Positions 20,001 through 28,802 of a DNA stretch of 64,000 nucleotides are shown here, piece after piece (the stretch's first letter is position 1; each line of letters begins with the position of its first letter). The notes below the pieces were generated by a model. It had not been told where the DNA came from, searched no databases, and saw nothing but the letters and a program-made list of their open reading frames with translations. A program made the translations under genes and the position numbers. This DNA is from an uncultured bacterium (lineage in GTDB: Bacteria > Zixibacteria > MSB-5A5 > CAIYYT01): positions 758,166-822,165 of the forward strand of contig CAVSCK010000003.1 of assembly GCA_963726455.1 (NCBI GenBank), read 5' to 3'.

Positions 20001-20297
20001 GTAGGTGATGCCTGTGACAATTGTCCGTATATCGCCAATCCGAATCAGGCGGACGCTAACCACAATGGTATCGGAGATGCTTGTGATTACGTCTGTGGTG
20101 ATGCCGATGGTTCGGCGGGTATTGACATTTCAGATGCTGTCCGAATAATTGGCTACATTTTCGCTGGTGCGGAAGCCCCCAACCCGCTGATGTCGGCTGA
20201 CGCCAACTGCGATAACGCCGTCGATATCTCAGACGCCGTATATTTGATAAGCTATATCTTCGCGGGTGGGTCCCAGCCGTGCGCCGGGTGCAAATAG
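17022..20297 (+). CDS. Secreted M12 (reprolysin-like) metalloprotease with Cys/Asp-rich repeats, NHL/Vgb-like beta-propeller, TSP3 repeats and C-terminal dockerin
   Basis: HEMGHALGTYHTH, TIMSYCH Met-turn, DCNxNGxPD repeats, GGLSxPxGxAFGPDG blades, dockerin at 20094-20297. Confidence 0.92.
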   Translation: MTMAAIKLLKVNLTTSALLAGLCCLIGLSFTASLSASPAIRPFAIDKASHSDSYVHGRLDHAAFEALKIGQQSQSIELQIKQNEFLTLDVERFNIIDPNAQFVIGSKSGDIATPIPEVLLYRGTVGGDPNTHVFLAFAEHGFANGYVRLASGETYFVSQSPEEAAKGWDGELVIHNQEGGLDLPDGVEFCGVKLPAGYIPPEISRDESSFIRGLRLGAIAVEGDQLYYQLFNSTPAAQSYILTVIGAVNDIYMRDLKLKLLVKFMRLWPTGAPFNANDLWGFESYWQSQMNPDPYNIIDMFSGQRDMSYGGVSFVSGTCSPGRTYCITGFLNGSFPNPMTTPSISNWDVIVVAHEMGHALGTYHTHDGYTPPIDNCGNGVPSRGTIMSYCHVFAGYTSNTDLFMHRLVEQVINADLNSGGCMPFDCNGNDTSDVTDIATGRSHDVNGDGVPDECQDCNANGVADWLDIEDGAADVNGNGIPDLCETDCNSNLIPDSWEISNGMVADADGNDRPDGCDPDCNANGTPDFAEVADGTVDDYDRNNVPDICQDCDGNSVSDWIDMQRQYNLYVADQSNWVREFHAVSGYPIQNLAAGLVNNPSDVAFGSDRQLYIANTGGNNILRLNVDNNTITAFVPAGSGGLSSPSGVAFGPDGFLYVSSRGTNSVVKYNGATGALVGTFVASGSGGLSQPYGLAFGPNGDLYVTSSNNQVLEYSGTTGVFVKIVVTTGSGGLSSPRSIAFLSAYSMLVTSYGSNQILLYSLFTGTFSRVFNDVQAPEDPWDIVIGPNGDVFVTENYKGGVVPQVIEYVPSGRFYRRFVRGTNSGLVNPTGIAFRPQALTDCNGNKRLDLCDIAAGFSLDINHDQIPDECQGNDLDNDGVPNASDNCPATPNPAQLDSDNDGIGDACDICATIYNPTQADVDGDSVGNECDNCPNDYNKDQANADGDAYGDVCDVCTDTDHDGFGNPGYPANLCPPDNCPTVANASQYDSDNDGVGDACDNCPYIANPNQADANHNGIGDACDYVCGDADGSAGIDISDAVRIIGYIFAGAEAPNPLMSADANCDNAVDISDAVYLISYIFAGGSQPCAGCK

Positions 20298-20307
20298 GCG
20301 GAAGCGA

Positions 20308-21735
20308 TTACTTCTTGAGGTTGATGACCAGGAGTTTGGTCTCGGTCATGTCTTCGATGGCGTAGCGAACTCCTTCACGCTGCATGCCGGAATCTTTGAC
20401 GCCGCCGTAGGGCATCTGATCAGCCCGGTAAGTGGGTACATCGTTGATTATCACGCCGCCGGTCTGAATTTCTTCATAGGCATACATGATATCGTCAAGC
20501 CGGTTGGTGAATGCACCGGCCTGTAGTCCATAGATCGAGTTGTTGATCTCAGCCACGGCCTGCTTGAATTCCCGATATTTTGCGATCGACACCAGCGGGG
20601 CGAATACCTCGTTCGCGCAAACTTTCATGTCCGAGGTTACACCGGCAAGGATTGTCGGCATCAACACGCCATCTTGGACATTTCCGCCACAAACGATCTT
20701 GCTGCCTTTCGCTACGGCCTCGTCAATCCACGCTTTGACTTTCGCTGTGGATTGAGAATCAACCATGGCGCTGATGTCCGCGTCCTCCGCCAGTGGGGAA
20801 CCGATCTTCAGTCCCTTCACGATGGCCGAGAGTCTGTTTATGAATTCGTCATAAATCTTGTCGTGCACAAAAACGCGTTGCACTGATATGCAGGATTGGC
20901 CATTGCTGGAGAAACCACCGAACAGCAAGCGCTTGACCGCCAGATCGAGATCGGCATCATCAGCAATAATCACACCCGCGTTGCCGCCAAGCTCAAGGAC
21001 GATCTTCTTCTTCCCGCAATGCTGTTTGAGATGCCAACCGACTTCAGCCGAACCGGTAAACGAAACGAGCTTGACCCGCTCATCTTCGAGAAGTGCAGCC
21101 GCATCCGACGATGAGCCGGGCAATATACTGACCGCGCCCTTCGGCAAGTCAGTCTGGTCAATTATCTCTGCCAACATTAGTGCGATAATCGGGGTCTTTG
21201 ACGCTGGTTTGAGGACTATTGTATTCCCCGCCGCGATCGCCGGCCCGATCTTGTGTGCAATCAGGTTGATCGGGAAGTTAAAGGGTGTGATTCCGGCAAT
21301 CACACCGATCGGGAATCGCCGCACGATTCCGGTGCGCTGCTCGTGGCCGGGAAGCCAGTCGAGGTCGAGAACTTGCCCACCGATGCGTTTGGACTCCTCG
21401 GCCGAAACACGAAACGTGCTGACGGAGCGAGCCACTTCAGCGCGCGAATCACGAATCACTTTCCCCATTTCCAAAGACACCGAGCGCGCGAGTTTCTCCG
21501 CATTGCTTTCGACACCGGACGCAATTTGATGCAAAATCTTCTCACGCTGGTAAGATGCCAACTTCCGCATTTGCAGAAATGCCTGTTCGGCCAGATCAAT
21601 GGCCTTGGTATAATCCTGCCTTGAGGCGGAACAGACTCTGCCGACCACCGATCCGTCATAGGGGCAGGTTACTTCAATCGTTCTGTCGGAAGTTACCCAG
21701 GCGCCGCCCAGGTACATCTTGTGCGGTTCGTTCAT
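20308..21735 (-). CDS. NAD(P)-dependent aldehyde dehydrogenase
   Basis: ITPFNFP, FTGS, LELGGN, GQSCIS, EVFAP, PYGGVKDSG. Confidence 0.95.
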   Translation of the reverse strand: MNEPHKMYLGGAWVTSDRTIEVTCPYDGSVVGRVCSASRQDYTKAIDLAEQAFLQMRKLASYQREKILHQIASGVESNAEKLARSVSLEMGKVIRDSRAEVARSVSTFRVSAEESKRIGGQVLDLDWLPGHEQRTGIVRRFPIGVIAGITPFNFPINLIAHKIGPAIAAGNTIVLKPASKTPIIALMLAEIIDQTDLPKGAVSILPGSSSDAAALLEDERVKLVSFTGSAEVGWHLKQHCGKKKIVLELGGNAGVIIADDADLDLAVKRLLFGGFSSNGQSCISVQRVFVHDKIYDEFINRLSAIVKGLKIGSPLAEDADISAMVDSQSTAKVKAWIDEAVAKGSKIVCGGNVQDGVLMPTILAGVTSDMKVCANEVFAPLVSIAKYREFKQAVAEINNSIYGLQAGAFTNRLDDIMYAYEEIQTGGVIINDVPTYRADQMPYGGVKDSGMQREGVRYAIEDMTETKLLVINLKK

Positions 21736-21779
21736 ATCGTTGCAACGCCAGTCTGAGTCGGCGAATCTGAGGGAGAATT

Positions 21780-22271
21780 CTACTTACCCGCCGACGCGAT
21801 CATTTCCTCAACACTACGAACGTGTCCGAGCTCGAAGTTCGCAAGATAATCGAAAGTTTTTCGCAGATCGGCGGCAGCTGCCACTTTGGCCGCGTCCGAA
21901 TAGAGAGCGTAAGCTTCCTTCTCCAACTCCAGCGCAATCTGCAACACATCCATCATCGCGCTCGCTTTGCGAAGGCGCTCGATCCGCTTGACATGCTTTT
22001 CGCCCATCGACTCATCAATCTCCGGAAGCCCTTCGCGGCTCATAATGTCGCGATAGGTAACCCATTTCTCGGAACGGACGTACTGGTCATAATGATGTTC
22101 GAGAGTGAGAAAATGCTTTCGCTCTTCACCGGCGAAATGCAGCATCGTTTCTTTCACTTTGCCTTCGCCGACCTTGCCCGATCCAACTTTATAGAATACG
22201 TAAGCCGCAATTTCGGCCTGAATGCCCATCGTAATGTAGTTCATTACTTCCGCGCTGATTTGCTCTGCCAT
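21780..22271 (-). CDS. Ferritin-like / rubrerythrin-domain protein
   Basis: Di-iron motifs E..(EERKH) and E..(FELGH); no rubredoxin tail. Confidence 0.85.
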   Translation of the reverse strand: MAEQISAEVMNYITMGIQAEIAAYVFYKVGSGKVGEGKVKETMLHFAGEERKHFLTLEHHYDQYVRSEKWVTYRDIMSREGLPEIDESMGEKHVKRIERLRKASAMMDVLQIALELEKEAYALYSDAAKVAAAADLRKTFDYLANFELGHVRSVEEMIASAGK

Positions 22272-22418
22272 TTTCGCTCCTCACTTTCTGCGCATCATTT
22301 CGACCGCCAAGATAAGGACAATGCCGATCTAGTCAAGCGCTTTCCCGATCTGTATTGACGCGGCTAATCTGTCATTCATACATAGCAACTTTGGGGTTTC
22401 GGAAGGGCAGAATTGAGA

Positions 22419-23471
22419 TCAGGGAGCCACGCGTTCGTAGTTCTTCGCATTAAATAGATGAAGCGCTTCGGGTTTGAATTCAACATGGACATTCGATCCC
22501 TGTTCGGACATCTCGCCGCCGCCCCGCGCGATCACCGGCTGATCACCAATGCGGCCGAAAATATAGGTCACGGAGCCGTGAAATTCCATGCGCTCAACTG
22601 TCAAAGGCGTTCCTTTTGAGCTCGCCGAGACGGTCAGATCGTCCGGCCTGATTCCGATGAGATATTCACCTTCGGCAACGTCCAGTTTGCCAGCCGGCTC
22701 GGAAACCGAATTGAATGTCACAACTCCTCCGCTAATTCTGCCGCGAAGTATGTTGATTGGGGGTGAGCCGATGAAGCGTGCCGTAAAGACATTCGCCGGC
22801 CGACGATAGACGCAATCCGGCGTACCCTGCTGCATGATTCTGCCTTTCTCCAGCACCACCAGCGAATCGGCCATCGTCATGGCTTCGGTCTGGTCATGAG
22901 TCACATAAATCATCGTCTTGCCCAGGCGGCGCTGCAGTGATTTTATTTCACCGCGCATCTGGTTACGTAATTGGAAGTCGAGGTTCGATAGCGGTTCATC
23001 AAACAGGAACAGACGTGGATCACGAATGATCGCCCGGCCCACGGCCGTGCGCTGACGTTCGCCGCCTGAAAGCGTTTTCGGGTAACGGTCGAGCATGGAA
23101 GTCAGGCCAAGCAGATTCGCCGCGACTCCGACTTTATCGTCTATTTGTTGCTTCTCCACTTTGGCGACACTTAACGGAAACGCCAAATTCTCTCGAACCG
23201 TCAAGTGCGGATAGAGGGCATAGTTCTGAAACACCATCGCCACATTGCGTTTTCTCGGTTCCACGGTCGTGATATCCTCGCCGTCGACAATGATTGAACC
23301 CGCATCAGGTGATTCCAGTCCGGCGATCAATCGCAACAAGGTCGATTTGCCGCAACCCGACGGACCTAGTAATACGGTCAATTTGCCGGATTCGATCGTC
23401 AGGTTGAGTCGCGGGATTACCTGATTGTTGTCGAAACTCTTGACGATGTCTCTTAGCTCGACGTAGCTCAT
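22419..23471 (-). CDS. Sugar/G3P ABC transporter ATP-binding protein (MalK/UgpC family)
   Basis: GPSGCGKST, FQNYALYPH, LSGGERQR, DEPLSNLD, TOBE-like tail. Confidence 0.95.
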   Translation of the reverse strand: MSYVELRDIVKSFDNNQVIPRLNLTIESGKLTVLLGPSGCGKSTLLRLIAGLESPDAGSIIVDGEDITTVEPRKRNVAMVFQNYALYPHLTVRENLAFPLSVAKVEKQQIDDKVGVAANLLGLTSMLDRYPKTLSGGERQRTAVGRAIIRDPRLFLFDEPLSNLDFQLRNQMRGEIKSLQRRLGKTMIYVTHDQTEAMTMADSLVVLEKGRIMQQGTPDCVYRRPANVFTARFIGSPPINILRGRISGGVVTFNSVSEPAGKLDVAEGEYLIGIRPDDLTVSASSKGTPLTVERMEFHGSVTYIFGRIGDQPVIARGGGEMSEQGSNVHVEFKPEALHLFNAKNYERVAP

Positions 23472-23492
23472 TTTAGTCTCGCAGGCTGCGAT

Positions 23493-25625
23493 CTACTGCT
23501 TGAAAATAAACATCTCATTGACGGTTCCAGTATCGGAGTCAATACCAAGGCCGTAGTTGCCAAATCCGAAATTCTTCGAGTCGCGCGCCGGTCTGAACCA
23601 GGTCGCATTATCTCCGCACCCGCTTCGAGTCTGAGTTGTCTTGGTGGAATCAACATAATCCAGATACCGATCCTTTCCCCCGACGTCGATCAGCACACCG
23701 TATGACTGCGCATACCATGTAAACGGCACCGTGGGTCGCGGTGTGCGGTAGTCGTCGCGAAAAGACGCATCGCCCATTCCGTCGGTTCCGGCATTAAGTT
23801 GGTAAAGATCGTCACCGCCGAAGTCAAACAGGAAGGAATTCGAACGAATCTGAGCGTTGGCAATGGAAATGATCTTGCCGGTATAAGAGTCATTTCCCGC
23901 CCAATCGACCATCAGAGTGACAGCAAAGTCCCACCCGAACGAAAGGCCAGCGCCCGCCGTTTCGAATAATTCGTGCTTGTCGTTCCCTGATTCATCAAAC
24001 AGTGCTCCGATACAGTAATGTGCCCCCGACGCCTGCGTGAAATAGCAGCTTCGGTAAACGTCATTGCCGGCGACATCGTAAAGAACTCCGATGCCGAACC
24101 AATAACCGACGCCCAGCGTCCAGTTGCCGGAGTAGTATTCATCGTCACCGTTACAATCTATCAACGCACCCAAACCACCGGCCCAACTATGTCCGTCGGA
24201 ACCATCGCCGCGCCGTCCACCGCCCCAGCCCTGCGCATTGTTGGCGTTGATCTTTCCCTGCGAATGATAATCTCCCCTGTTGTTTACGCTCGCAAACGGT
24301 TCCGCAGTGTAATGGTCGTTGCCGGAATAGTCGACCAAAACTCCGATACCGCCACCGACACCGCCGACGCCCTGTCCGTCGCCCGCGAGATAGTAGGTGT
24401 CATCTCCCTCGCGATCAACCAGCATGCCGACGCCAAAATACCCGCAACCCTGTCCCGAAACCGTTAGGCGATAATCGTCCTTGCCCGCGAAATCGCAAAT
24501 AACGCCTGTGCCAAAGATCCCCACTCCTTGTGAGAGTCGCTCGGCACGATATACGTCATCGCCATCGACGTCGACGCAGATGCCGATTCCGCAACCGCCG
24601 TATCCAAACTGGCGTGATGTCGTGCTATCACCATAAACATCGTTGCCGCCAAGATCGACCAGTACGCTGATCGGCAATTGTGGCTTGCTTCCACCACCCG
24701 CCAGATATCTATCGTTGCCGCCGAAATCGCAGATTAACAGAAAGTCCCCCGCAGCTACAAAGTCATCACTTGAGCCATTAACTAATACCATTCCGAGTGG
24801 TGTGGCGATACGAAATTTGATGTTCTTGCCGCGATCGCGTAGCGGCTTGAGCTTCTTGGCCGCAATATCGGTCGCGGCCGTCGCCTTGAAAGACGCATAT
24901 ACCAGTGACTGCCAGTCAATCAGGCGGGCGCAGTCATCGAATTGCGGATAATACACCTGGCCATCGCCTTGCGTGGCGTCAAGATCGTTGATCCGGTCAA
25001 GCTCCTCGACAATCTTGTCGGGCACGTTGCGAAATGCCAATTGACGGTACTTGTATGCGTCCAGAAGATTGACCAGCCAGACGGCAAGAATCTGTTGAAT
25101 TTGCGGGTCAATTCCGGCCGCTAAACTGTCAAATTCCTTCACTGAGACATTGCCGTCGCTCTTACTGCCGAAGGTTCGGTATTCCATATCAGCGCCGCAG
25201 GCCGCATATATTCGCTCGATAGCGGTCAGCAACGGTTTCGACGAAGCCACCGTGTCGATCAGATTGGCAGAGTAGTTGCGGAATCCGCCGATTTTGCGCT
25301 CCCAGCACAAGGAATAGCTCATTTGATACAACGACGAATTCGAAACATTCCAGAAGATGGAGTCGACCATTAGTTGCATCGCTGAGCTTTTCATTGACTG
25401 GCTGTAGTCATAGACCTTCAGCGGCTCGGCCAGCAGATCGTCAAAGGCCGGTAATTTGTAAGGGATTTCGTACGGGTACCGGTTCCAATAACCTTTCGGG
25501 CGGTATCCGAGGTCTGCCTTGGTCTTGCCGACAGAGGACAACGCTTGATCCAGCAAGTCACCGCAAATCGCGGGCTGCACTAAGAACAAAATCAGACTGA
25601 TCAATATGACTCGACGAATCGGCAT
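23493..25625 (-). CDS. Secreted hypothetical protein with tandem G-x-G..L-x-D-x-x-G-x-D-x-Y repeats
   Basis: GGAGG RBS and ATG at 25625, signal peptide, about ten DxxGxDxY repeats in the C-terminal half. Confidence 0.8.
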   Translation of the reverse strand: MPIRRVILISLILFLVQPAICGDLLDQALSSVGKTKADLGYRPKGYWNRYPYEIPYKLPAFDDLLAEPLKVYDYSQSMKSSAMQLMVDSIFWNVSNSSLYQMSYSLCWERKIGGFRNYSANLIDTVASSKPLLTAIERIYAACGADMEYRTFGSKSDGNVSVKEFDSLAAGIDPQIQQILAVWLVNLLDAYKYRQLAFRNVPDKIVEELDRINDLDATQGDGQVYYPQFDDCARLIDWQSLVYASFKATAATDIAAKKLKPLRDRGKNIKFRIATPLGMVLVNGSSDDFVAAGDFLLICDFGGNDRYLAGGGSKPQLPISVLVDLGGNDVYGDSTTSRQFGYGGCGIGICVDVDGDDVYRAERLSQGVGIFGTGVICDFAGKDDYRLTVSGQGCGYFGVGMLVDREGDDTYYLAGDGQGVGGVGGGIGVLVDYSGNDHYTAEPFASVNNRGDYHSQGKINANNAQGWGGGRRGDGSDGHSWAGGLGALIDCNGDDEYYSGNWTLGVGYWFGIGVLYDVAGNDVYRSCYFTQASGAHYCIGALFDESGNDKHELFETAGAGLSFGWDFAVTLMVDWAGNDSYTGKIISIANAQIRSNSFLFDFGGDDLYQLNAGTDGMGDASFRDDYRTPRPTVPFTWYAQSYGVLIDVGGKDRYLDYVDSTKTTQTRSGCGDNATWFRPARDSKNFGFGNYGLGIDSDTGTVNEMFIFKQ

Positions 25626-25765
25626 CCTATTCCCTCCGGTGTTGAGGCAATCTAGTTGATAGCGAAAGCTGCGACAACCAGAAACCTGATGTGATCGGCA
25701 GCCCAGAGCGCGATCTCTCAAGATTTTTTGTTGTCCGCTCCGGTCTATGTCGTAAAATGGTACCT

Positions 25766-26182
25766 ATGGCTACGTACAAACGACAATTTCAGGTGCGTCT
25801 GCATGATACCGATGCGGCGGGAATTTTGTTCTTCGCCAATCAATTCCTGTTTGCCCATGACACCTATGAGGAATTCATGCAGCATATTGGTGTCTCAATC
25901 GAGTCGGTACTTCGCAGCGAAGATTTTATCATTCCCATTGTTCATGCCGAATCCCAGTATTTGTTGCCGTTGCACGACGGCGACCAGCTTGCTATTGTTC
26001 TGAAGATTGCCCGGATTGGGCGGACCTCGTTCGTACTGGAGTACGAATTATTCAATTCCGAAGGACATCTTGCCGGCGCCTCCAAGACTGTTCACGTAAC
26101 CGCGAAGAAGCTCACCCAGGAAAAGATCGAACTTCCGAAGAAGCTTCGGCTGGCATTAGAAGCTTTCCAATCTGCCCCTTAG
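25766..26182 (+). CDS. Hotdog acyl-CoA thioesterase, probable DHNA-CoA hydrolase
   Basis: VRLHDTDAAGILFF (4HBT family); convergent with and overlapping the end of menE. Confidence 0.8.
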   Translation: MATYKRQFQVRLHDTDAAGILFFANQFLFAHDTYEEFMQHIGVSIESVLRSEDFIIPIVHAESQYLLPLHDGDQLAIVLKIARIGRTSFVLEYELFNSEGHLAGASKTVHVTAKKLTQEKIELPKKLRLALEAFQSAP

Positions 26183-27663
26183 CTCCCTCTCTTCTCGCAG
26201 TAAAGTGTCAAGAGCTTCGACTTGTCGATCTTGTCGATGCCTATACGTGGTAGTGTATCTACGCGAATTATTGCCTCGGGGACTTTGAAGCCGGGCATAC
26301 GTTCGCGCAGAAAGCTTCTCATTTCAACAACTACGCCAGAGTTTTCGGTAGTTGACTCGAAGAATAGCACCGGCCTCTGACCCCACTTTTCATCTGGCAC
26401 ACCAATTACTGCACACGCTGTGACACCCGGAAACGACTCGGCGACAACTTCAATTTCCCTCGGGAATATATTCTCACCTCCAGACACCAACATGTCATCC
26501 TTGCGTCCCTGAACTGTGAGATACCCGTCCCCTTCCAGACTTCCCATGTCGCCCGTACGAAACCAGCCATCTCCATCGAAGGTACGGGATCCCTCGTCTC
26601 CGAGATAACCCTTGAACAGGACTTCGCCCCTGATCGCGATTTCGCCGATGGTCCCCTGAGCGCACGTTGCACCCTTATCATCGACTATCTTCACTTCGCG
26701 ATACCTGAGCGGCCTTCCAACAGTATCCAGTCGGTCAGAGCCGTCTCGAAGACTGAGCGTACAAATCTGAGAGGCCGCTTCAGTCAATCCGTAGCTTGTC
26801 AAGATTGGTAATTTCTGTTTTCGACATTTGTCCAGCAAATTCATCGGTATCGGTGCGCCGCCAAGCAGAATTGTCTTGAGCGTTTGGGGCAGTGGCCGTC
26901 CTTGTCTCTCGCGTAGTAAACCGGCCAGCATTTGCGGCACGAGTGACAGATGCGTTACCTTCCCGGTATCGATCTGCGAATTGGTCTCTTTCATTTCAAA
27001 GTGTTCGGCAATCCTCATCGCGGCGCCACCCAGGAGCGTTCGGAACACAATCGAGATTCCGCCGACATGAAAAAGCGGCAGCGACAACAGCCAGCAATCA
27101 CCGGGAAACAGAGGTATATTCTCATTGGAACCGAGGGCGTTGAAGTAATGATTACCGTAACTTAGAATCACTCCCTTGGGCTCTCCGGAGGAGCCGGAGG
27201 TTAAAACTATCGTCGCCTCCCGATCGGTTTCGATCTCAGTCGGAATTTCTTCCACAGGTTGAACTTCTCTCAGAGGATTGCGAGAATCTTGGCCGCCAAT
27301 TGTGTACACAGGCACCGAGCTATGCTTGAAATCTTCGCCAGTGTGCACACCCGTGAGCAGCATTTTGACGTGAGCGAGTTCAATTTGAGTCTGCCAGCTT
27401 TTCGGATTAAGCCGCCGGTTGAGTGGCACGACCGACGCGCCGATTCGCGGCAGTGACAATAGAGCCAGAACATACTCAAGCGAATTCGGGGCGAGTATCG
27501 CCACGCGGTCACACTTATCGATTCCGAGTTGGCGAAACAGCTGCGCCTGCCCAACGACTCGACTTTCGAGCTCGGAAAACGATGTGGCTGAGTCCCCGGA
27601 ATTGATGGCGATCTCCTTCGGCCATCGCGCCGCCGCATCGTGCACGGGACAGGTAATAATCAC
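26179..27663 (-). CDS. menE: O-succinylbenzoate--CoA ligase
   Basis: TSGSSGEPKG, LPLFHVGG, SYGLTE, FRTGD, GGENIFP; men operon context. Confidence 0.93.
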   Translation of the reverse strand: MIITCPVHDAAARWPKEIAINSGDSATSFSELESRVVGQAQLFRQLGIDKCDRVAILAPNSLEYVLALLSLPRIGASVVPLNRRLNPKSWQTQIELAHVKMLLTGVHTGEDFKHSSVPVYTIGGQDSRNPLREVQPVEEIPTEIETDREATIVLTSGSSGEPKGVILSYGNHYFNALGSNENIPLFPGDCWLLSLPLFHVGGISIVFRTLLGGAAMRIAEHFEMKETNSQIDTGKVTHLSLVPQMLAGLLRERQGRPLPQTLKTILLGGAPIPMNLLDKCRKQKLPILTSYGLTEAASQICTLSLRDGSDRLDTVGRPLRYREVKIVDDKGATCAQGTIGEIAIRGEVLFKGYLGDEGSRTFDGDGWFRTGDMGSLEGDGYLTVQGRKDDMLVSGGENIFPREIEVVAESFPGVTACAVIGVPDEKWGQRPVLFFESTTENSGVVVEMRSFLRERMPGFKVPEAIIRVDTLPRIGIDKIDKSKLLTLYCEKRGS

Positions 27664-28802
27664 GCGATGACCTTCAGACGGGGATTATCTCTGAAATTCG
27701 GAATCGTCACTCCGAGACCGGGTCTGTCGAGCACTCTTATACAGCCCCTTTCTATCGGCAGCGACTCCAAAATCAGTGGATCAGACAACAAATCCAGCGT
27801 GTCCAATCCGCACGGCAGCACGTTTTGTCCGAGCGCCGCTGCCAGATGCAGATTCGCCGCAAGACCAACACCACTCTCAATCGCCGAACTGATAACCGAC
27901 TCGATTCCGTGGCCTTTCAATTCACTTATCAGTCGAATCATCGACACGATTCCACCGGCGATTGTTGGCTTGATAATGGCGACGTCAAATGCCTGCTGTC
28001 CAGCAAACCAGAACGCCCGATCAAGGATATTGAAGCTCTGTTCTCCCACGCGGGAGTCGAGCAATGTCTCATCAAGTGCAATACGCATGCCGGTCTGCGC
28101 CCGCAACGGCGCCAGCCGTTTATGCAATCCAGTTTGTAACGGTTCCTCAATGTACTCAATGTTATATTTGTGGACGCTCTCTAGAAGACTGGCCGCCTGA
28201 GCAAAATCGAATGATCGATTTGCATCCAGGCGAATCCGGATGCCATCACCGACACTATCTCGCAAGAGCGCAATCCTGGCAAGGTCATCCTCCCGATCTG
28301 TGGTTCCTGCCTTGAGCTTGTATGCCGGGTATCCTCGCGGCAACTTGAGTTCAATCTGTTTCCTGATTTCAGACAATGATCCTGACACAACGGCGTTTAC
28401 GGGCACCTCAGCAACCGCGCGAGGATTGAGCCACCTGGACAACGACATTCCCGCCCTTTGTGATGCCAGGTCACCAAGCAACGTCTCCAATCCAAAACAA
28501 ACGCTCGGAGGCATCGCCGGGTCTTTCAGCAGTTCCCCGCAGATATCGTGCGCCTGTGATGGCGACTCGGGTACCAACTTGCCGCGCAATCGTTGCACCA
28601 TTGTTATCGTTGTCGCGCGGACATCATTTAGAGCTTCCACGCTAAAACCTTCAAGAGGCGCGATCTCGCCCAAGCCGATCAAACCTGCGTCGGTCTCGGC
28701 TCTAATGATCAATCCCTGTCTGTTCCTGATCGTGCCGACGGCAGTGACCAGTGGAGTACGTAACGGCACCCGGTATTCGGCAATCTCGATCCTGTTGATC
28801 AT
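27660..28802 (-). CDS. menC: O-succinylbenzoate synthase
   Basis: GEIAPLEGFS, KLK, RLDAN, EEP, LDE, KP enolase-superfamily motifs; ATGA overlap with menA. Confidence 0.92.
   Translation of the reverse strand: MINRIEIAEYRVPLRTPLVTAVGTIRNRQGLIIRAETDAGLIGLGEIAPLEGFSVEALNDVRATTITMVQRLRGKLVPESPSQAHDICGELLKDPAMPPSVCFGLETLLGDLASQRAGMSLSRWLNPRAVAEVPVNAVVSGSLSEIRKQIELKLPRGYPAYKLKAGTTDREDDLARIALLRDSVGDGIRIRLDANRSFDFAQAASLLESVHKYNIEYIEEPLQTGLHKRLAPLRAQTGMRIALDETLLDSRVGEQSFNILDRAFWFAGQQAFDVAIIKPTIAGGIVSMIRLISELKGHGIESVISSAIESGVGLAANLHLAAALGQNVLPCGLDTLDLLSDPLILESLPIERGCIRVLDRPGLGVTIPNFRDNPRLKVIA

Noticed and set aside
19152-20063. 303-aa minus-strand ORF (and similar ones at 41425-42333, 5896-6651, 4433-5176, 60044-60784)
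   Set aside because: Shadow ORFs opposite well-supported genes, caused by codon bias; no recognisable motifs.
12520-20090. Diversity-generating retroelement TR/VR pair among the repeated segments
   Set aside because: No reverse transcriptase in the window, and the differences between repeats are not adenine-specific; they are ordinary protein repeats.
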